A DNA stretch of 64,000 nucleotides from an uncultured beta proteobacterium (GTDB lineage: Bacteria; Pseudomonadota; Gammaproteobacteria; Burkholderiales; SG8-39). Location: positions 69,135 through 133,134 of the forward strand of contig CAWHBL010000008.1 of assembly GCA_963827555.1 (NCBI GenBank), given 5' to 3'. Position numbers and translations under genes: made by a program. Below, in pieces: positions 61,636 to 64,000 of the stretch (the stretch's first letter is position 1; every line of letters starts with the position of its first letter). The notes below the pieces were generated by a model, which saw only the letters and a program-made list of their open reading frames with translations, was not told the origin of the DNA and ran no database searches.

Positions 61636-63304
61636 GCCGACGGCGGGCCCGCTCGCGCGCGGTGTGGAGCTGCTCGCGGCGGGCGACCTGGACGGCGCGG
61701 AGCGCGCGCTCGCCTCGGCGCTCGCGGCCGGCGACGGGGTGGCGGCCGCGATGAGGGGGCTCGCGCGCATCGCGGTCGAGCGCGGCGCGGGGGCCGCGGC
61801 GATCGACTGGTTCGAGCGGGTGATGGCCGAGGATCCGGCCGACGCCGCTACCGGCGTCGAGCTCGCGCGGCTGCTCTCCCAATCGGGTCGCGGCGAGGAT
61901 GCGCGCGACACGCTCCTGGTCGCGGTTCATCACCGGCCGGATCACGCCGAGGCGTGGCACCAGCTCGGCCTGCTCGACGTCGCGGCCGGCAGGTTCGACG
62001 AGGCGGCGGAGCACTTCGGAACGGCCGCCGCGGCGGCGCCGTCACGGCCCGATGCGAGGATCGAGCTTGCCCGGCTCGCCGTGCGCCGGACCCGCTGGGA
62101 GGACGCGGTGGCGCACTACCGCTCCGCGCTCGCCCTCGGACCGTGCAGTGCGCAGGTGTACGGCGAGCTGGCGAACGCGCTGATCCCGCTCCAGCGCAAC
62201 GCGGAGGCCCTCGAGATCTTCGCCGGCCTGCGTGCGCAGTACCCCTGGTCGAACGTCCCGCGCATCGGCTACGCCAACGTGCTGCTGCAGGTGGGACGAT
62301 TCGACGAGGCGCTGGCCGAGTACGACGCGGCGCTCGAGGGTGAGCCGAACAACTACTTCGCGCGCTGGCACCGCTCGCAGCTGCTGCTCATGCGTCACCG
62401 ATTCGCCGAAGGCTGGCCCGGCTACGAGAGCCGGCTGCTCGGGCAGGTTGAGAACCTGCCGCGACCGTTTCCGCTGCCACGGTGGCGCGGCGAGCCGCTC
62501 GACGGCAAGTCGATCCTCGTGTACGGGGAGCAGGGCGTCGGGGACGAGATCATGTTCGCGTCCTGCTTCGCCGACCTGATCGCCCGCGCGCGCCGAGTGG
62601 TGATCGAGTGCCGGCCGAAGCTCCAGCGCCTGTTCGCACGGTCGTTCCCCGCGGCGTCGATCCTCGTCACCGAGGGCGTTCCGATCGAGCAGACGCTCAC
62701 CGCCCTCGAAGGCGTCGACTGTCATGTGCCCGCCGGCAGCCTGCCCCCGCACTTTCGTCTCGCCGCCGACCGGTTCCCCGGCACGCCGTACCTGCGCGCC
62801 GATCCGGCTCGCGTCGCGCACTGGCGAGCGGCCCTCGCCTCGCTCGGACCGGGGCTCAAGGTCGGGATCTCGTGGCGCGGCGGTTCGGTCCGGACGCGGC
62901 GGGATGCGCGCTCGGTCCCGCTGGTCGGATGGTCACCGGTGCTCGACCTGCCGGGGTGTCGCTTCGTCAGTCTGCAGTACGACGCCGCGGCCGGCGACTT
63001 CGCTGCCGTCGGCGACCGGGTGACGCACTGGTCGGAGGCGATCGACGACTACGACGAGACCGCGGCGCTCGTGGCCGCCCTCGACGTAGTCGTCACCGTG
63101 TGCACGTCGCTGGTCCATCTTTCTGGCGCGCTCGGGCAGCGCACCTGGGTGCTGGTGCCGACCGTTCCCGAATGGCGGTACGGGTTGAGCGGGTCCCGCA
63201 TGCCCTGGTACGCGAGCGCGGAGCTCGAGCGCCAGGGCCCGGCCGAGGACTGGCCAGCGGTGCTTGGTCGCATCGCACACCGGCTCGTCGGCCTCGCGTC
63301 CTAG
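61625..63304 (+). CDS. TPR-repeat protein with a C-terminal GT9-like fold; paralogue of the preceding gene
   Basis: ATG at 61625 overlaps the previous gene by 11 nt. [63 protein letters not shown]. Confidence 0.78.
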   Translation: MPIEPTAGPLARGVELLAAGDLDGAERALASALAAGDGVAAAMRGLARIAVERGAGAAAIDWFERVMAEDPADAATGVELARLLSQSGRGEDARDTLLVAVHHRPDHAEAWHQLGLLDVAAGRFDEAAEHFGTAAAAAPSRPDARIELARLAVRRTRWEDAVAHYRSALALGPCSAQVYGELANALIPLQRNAEALEIFAGLRAQYPWSNVPRIGYANVLLQVGRFDEALAEYDAALEGEPNNYFARWHRSQLLLMRHRFAEGWPGYESRLLGQVENLPRPFPLPRWRGEPLDGKSILVYGEQGVGDEIMFASCFADLIARARRVVIECRPKLQRLFARSFPAASILVTEGVPIEQTLTALEGVDCHVPAGSLPPHFRLAADRFPGTPYLRADPARVAHWRAALASLGPGLKVGISWRGGSVRTRRDARSVPLVGWSPVLDLPGCRFVSLQYDAAAGDFAAVGDRVTHWSEAIDDYDETAALVAALDVVVTVCTSLVHLSGALGQRTWVLVPTVPEWRYGLSGSRMPWYASAELERQGPAEDWPAVLGRIAHRLVGLAS

Positions 63305-63492
63305 CCTGGCGGGACCCGGGCGACGAGCGCGGGTCCACCGGCGTTGGCGGCGAGCGTGATCTGTTTCACACCCGCTGGGGGCGCGACGTGGAGCGGCACC
63401 CCGTGACGAGGACCGGCACTCGCCGCCCTTCGCGCGGTCGTTCCTTCCGGGAGGAGTTGGCATTCGGGACTCTCGTTGCGGTCAAATTTCCA

Positions 63493-63509
63493 GTGGCACG
63501 GTTAGTGCT
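63493..63509 (+). promoter_or_regulatory. Sigma-54 (-24/-12) type promoter upstream of the pilin gene
   Basis: gTGGCACGgttaGTGCt against the consensus TGGCACG-N4-TTGCW, with correct GG/GC spacing. It lies about 47 nt upstream of the ATG at 63556. Confidence 0.55.
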
Positions 63510-63555
63510 GATACTGCTGGCGGCAACTTTGCCAAGAGCGAAGGGAGCATTTGAA

Positions 63556-63969
63556 ATGAAGTCGATTCAGAAGGGTTTCACCCTGATCGAACTGATGATC
63601 GTGGTTGCGATCATCGGGATTCTGGCGGCGGTCGCGCTGCCGGCGTATCAGGACTACACGATTCGCGCCCGCACTTCGGAACTGATGCTTGCCGCGAGCT
63701 CCGCGCGCACGGCGGTCACCGAAGCGGCACAAGGGCTCAACAGCATGACCGGGTCGGGGTCGGGTCTGACCATCGGCGTGGGCGGCCTGCTTTCGGGCGC
63801 CACGGTGAGCACAGCCGGTCTGATCACGATCGCCGGCAACAGCTCGATGGGCACCACCGGCATCACGGTGACGCTGACTCCGTCGTGGAACGGGACGGCG
63901 AACACGGTGACCTGGTCGTGCGAGGTTGCGCCGATCAAGTACGCGTCGTCGGCCTGCCGGACCGACTAA
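63556..63969 (+). CDS. pilA: Type IVa major pilin
   Basis: RBS AAGGGAG. Prepilin leader MKSIQKG followed by [32 protein letters not shown]-terminal disulfide loop C...C ([15 protein letters not shown]). Confidence 0.9.
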   Translation: MKSIQKGFTLIELMIVVAIIGILAAVALPAYQDYTIRARTSELMLAASSARTAVTEAAQGLNSMTGSGSGLTIGVGGLLSGATVSTAGLITIAGNSSMGTTGITVTLTPSWNGTANTVTWSCEVAPIKYASSACRTD

Positions 63970-64000
63970 GGCATTCGGTTAGCTTCAGGGGAAGGCCGCC

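Overview
GC-rich segment with a strong G/C third-position bias. It looks betaproteobacterial and Burkholderiales-like, an inference from five Bug/TctC solute receptors plus a tctCBA operon. I can support 53 protein-coding genes. I found no rRNA, tRNA, CRISPR array, transposase or integrase. Layout: (1) 0.3-7 kb, a catabolic operon whose enzymes are interleaved with orphan TctC receptors. (2) 7-20.7 kb, mixed metabolism: quinone oxidoreductase, PQQ sugar dehydrogenase plus dihaem cytochrome c, an EF-G paralogue, tartrate dehydrogenase, glpK, sucCD. (3) 20.7-38.8 kb, an oxalate/formate/C1 island: NAD-type formate dehydrogenase, an APH-fold kinase coupled to an atypical enolase, fhs, TerC, tctCBA, a Crp/Fnr regulator, oxc, frc and a formyltransferase-like gene. 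TTGAY-N4-RTCAA palindromes sit in front of fds, fhs and oxc. (4) 39.2-52.2 kb, an eight-gene same-strand signalling supercluster: CHASE2 Ser/Thr kinase, PP2C, FHA protein with TSQ repeats, CHASE2 nucleotidyl cyclase, class II cNMP phosphodiesterase, CNB-CNB-rhodanese, GAF-GspE-type ATPase, GAF-HD-GYP. This is my best candidate for an undescribed system. (5) 52.3-63.3 kb, a protein-modification island: two TPR-GT41 OGT-like, two TPR-GT9-like, one GT8-like, two methyltransferases, one 2OG-oxygenase-like. (6) A type IVa pilin gene with a sigma-54-type promoter at the window end. Fourteen genes are interrupted by roughly 28 single-base frame changes. I read these as sequence-quality indels rather than decay, so those genes are listed as CDS with the interruption stated. 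Most long ORFs antisense to or out of frame with these genes in the ORF track are high-GC artefacts.
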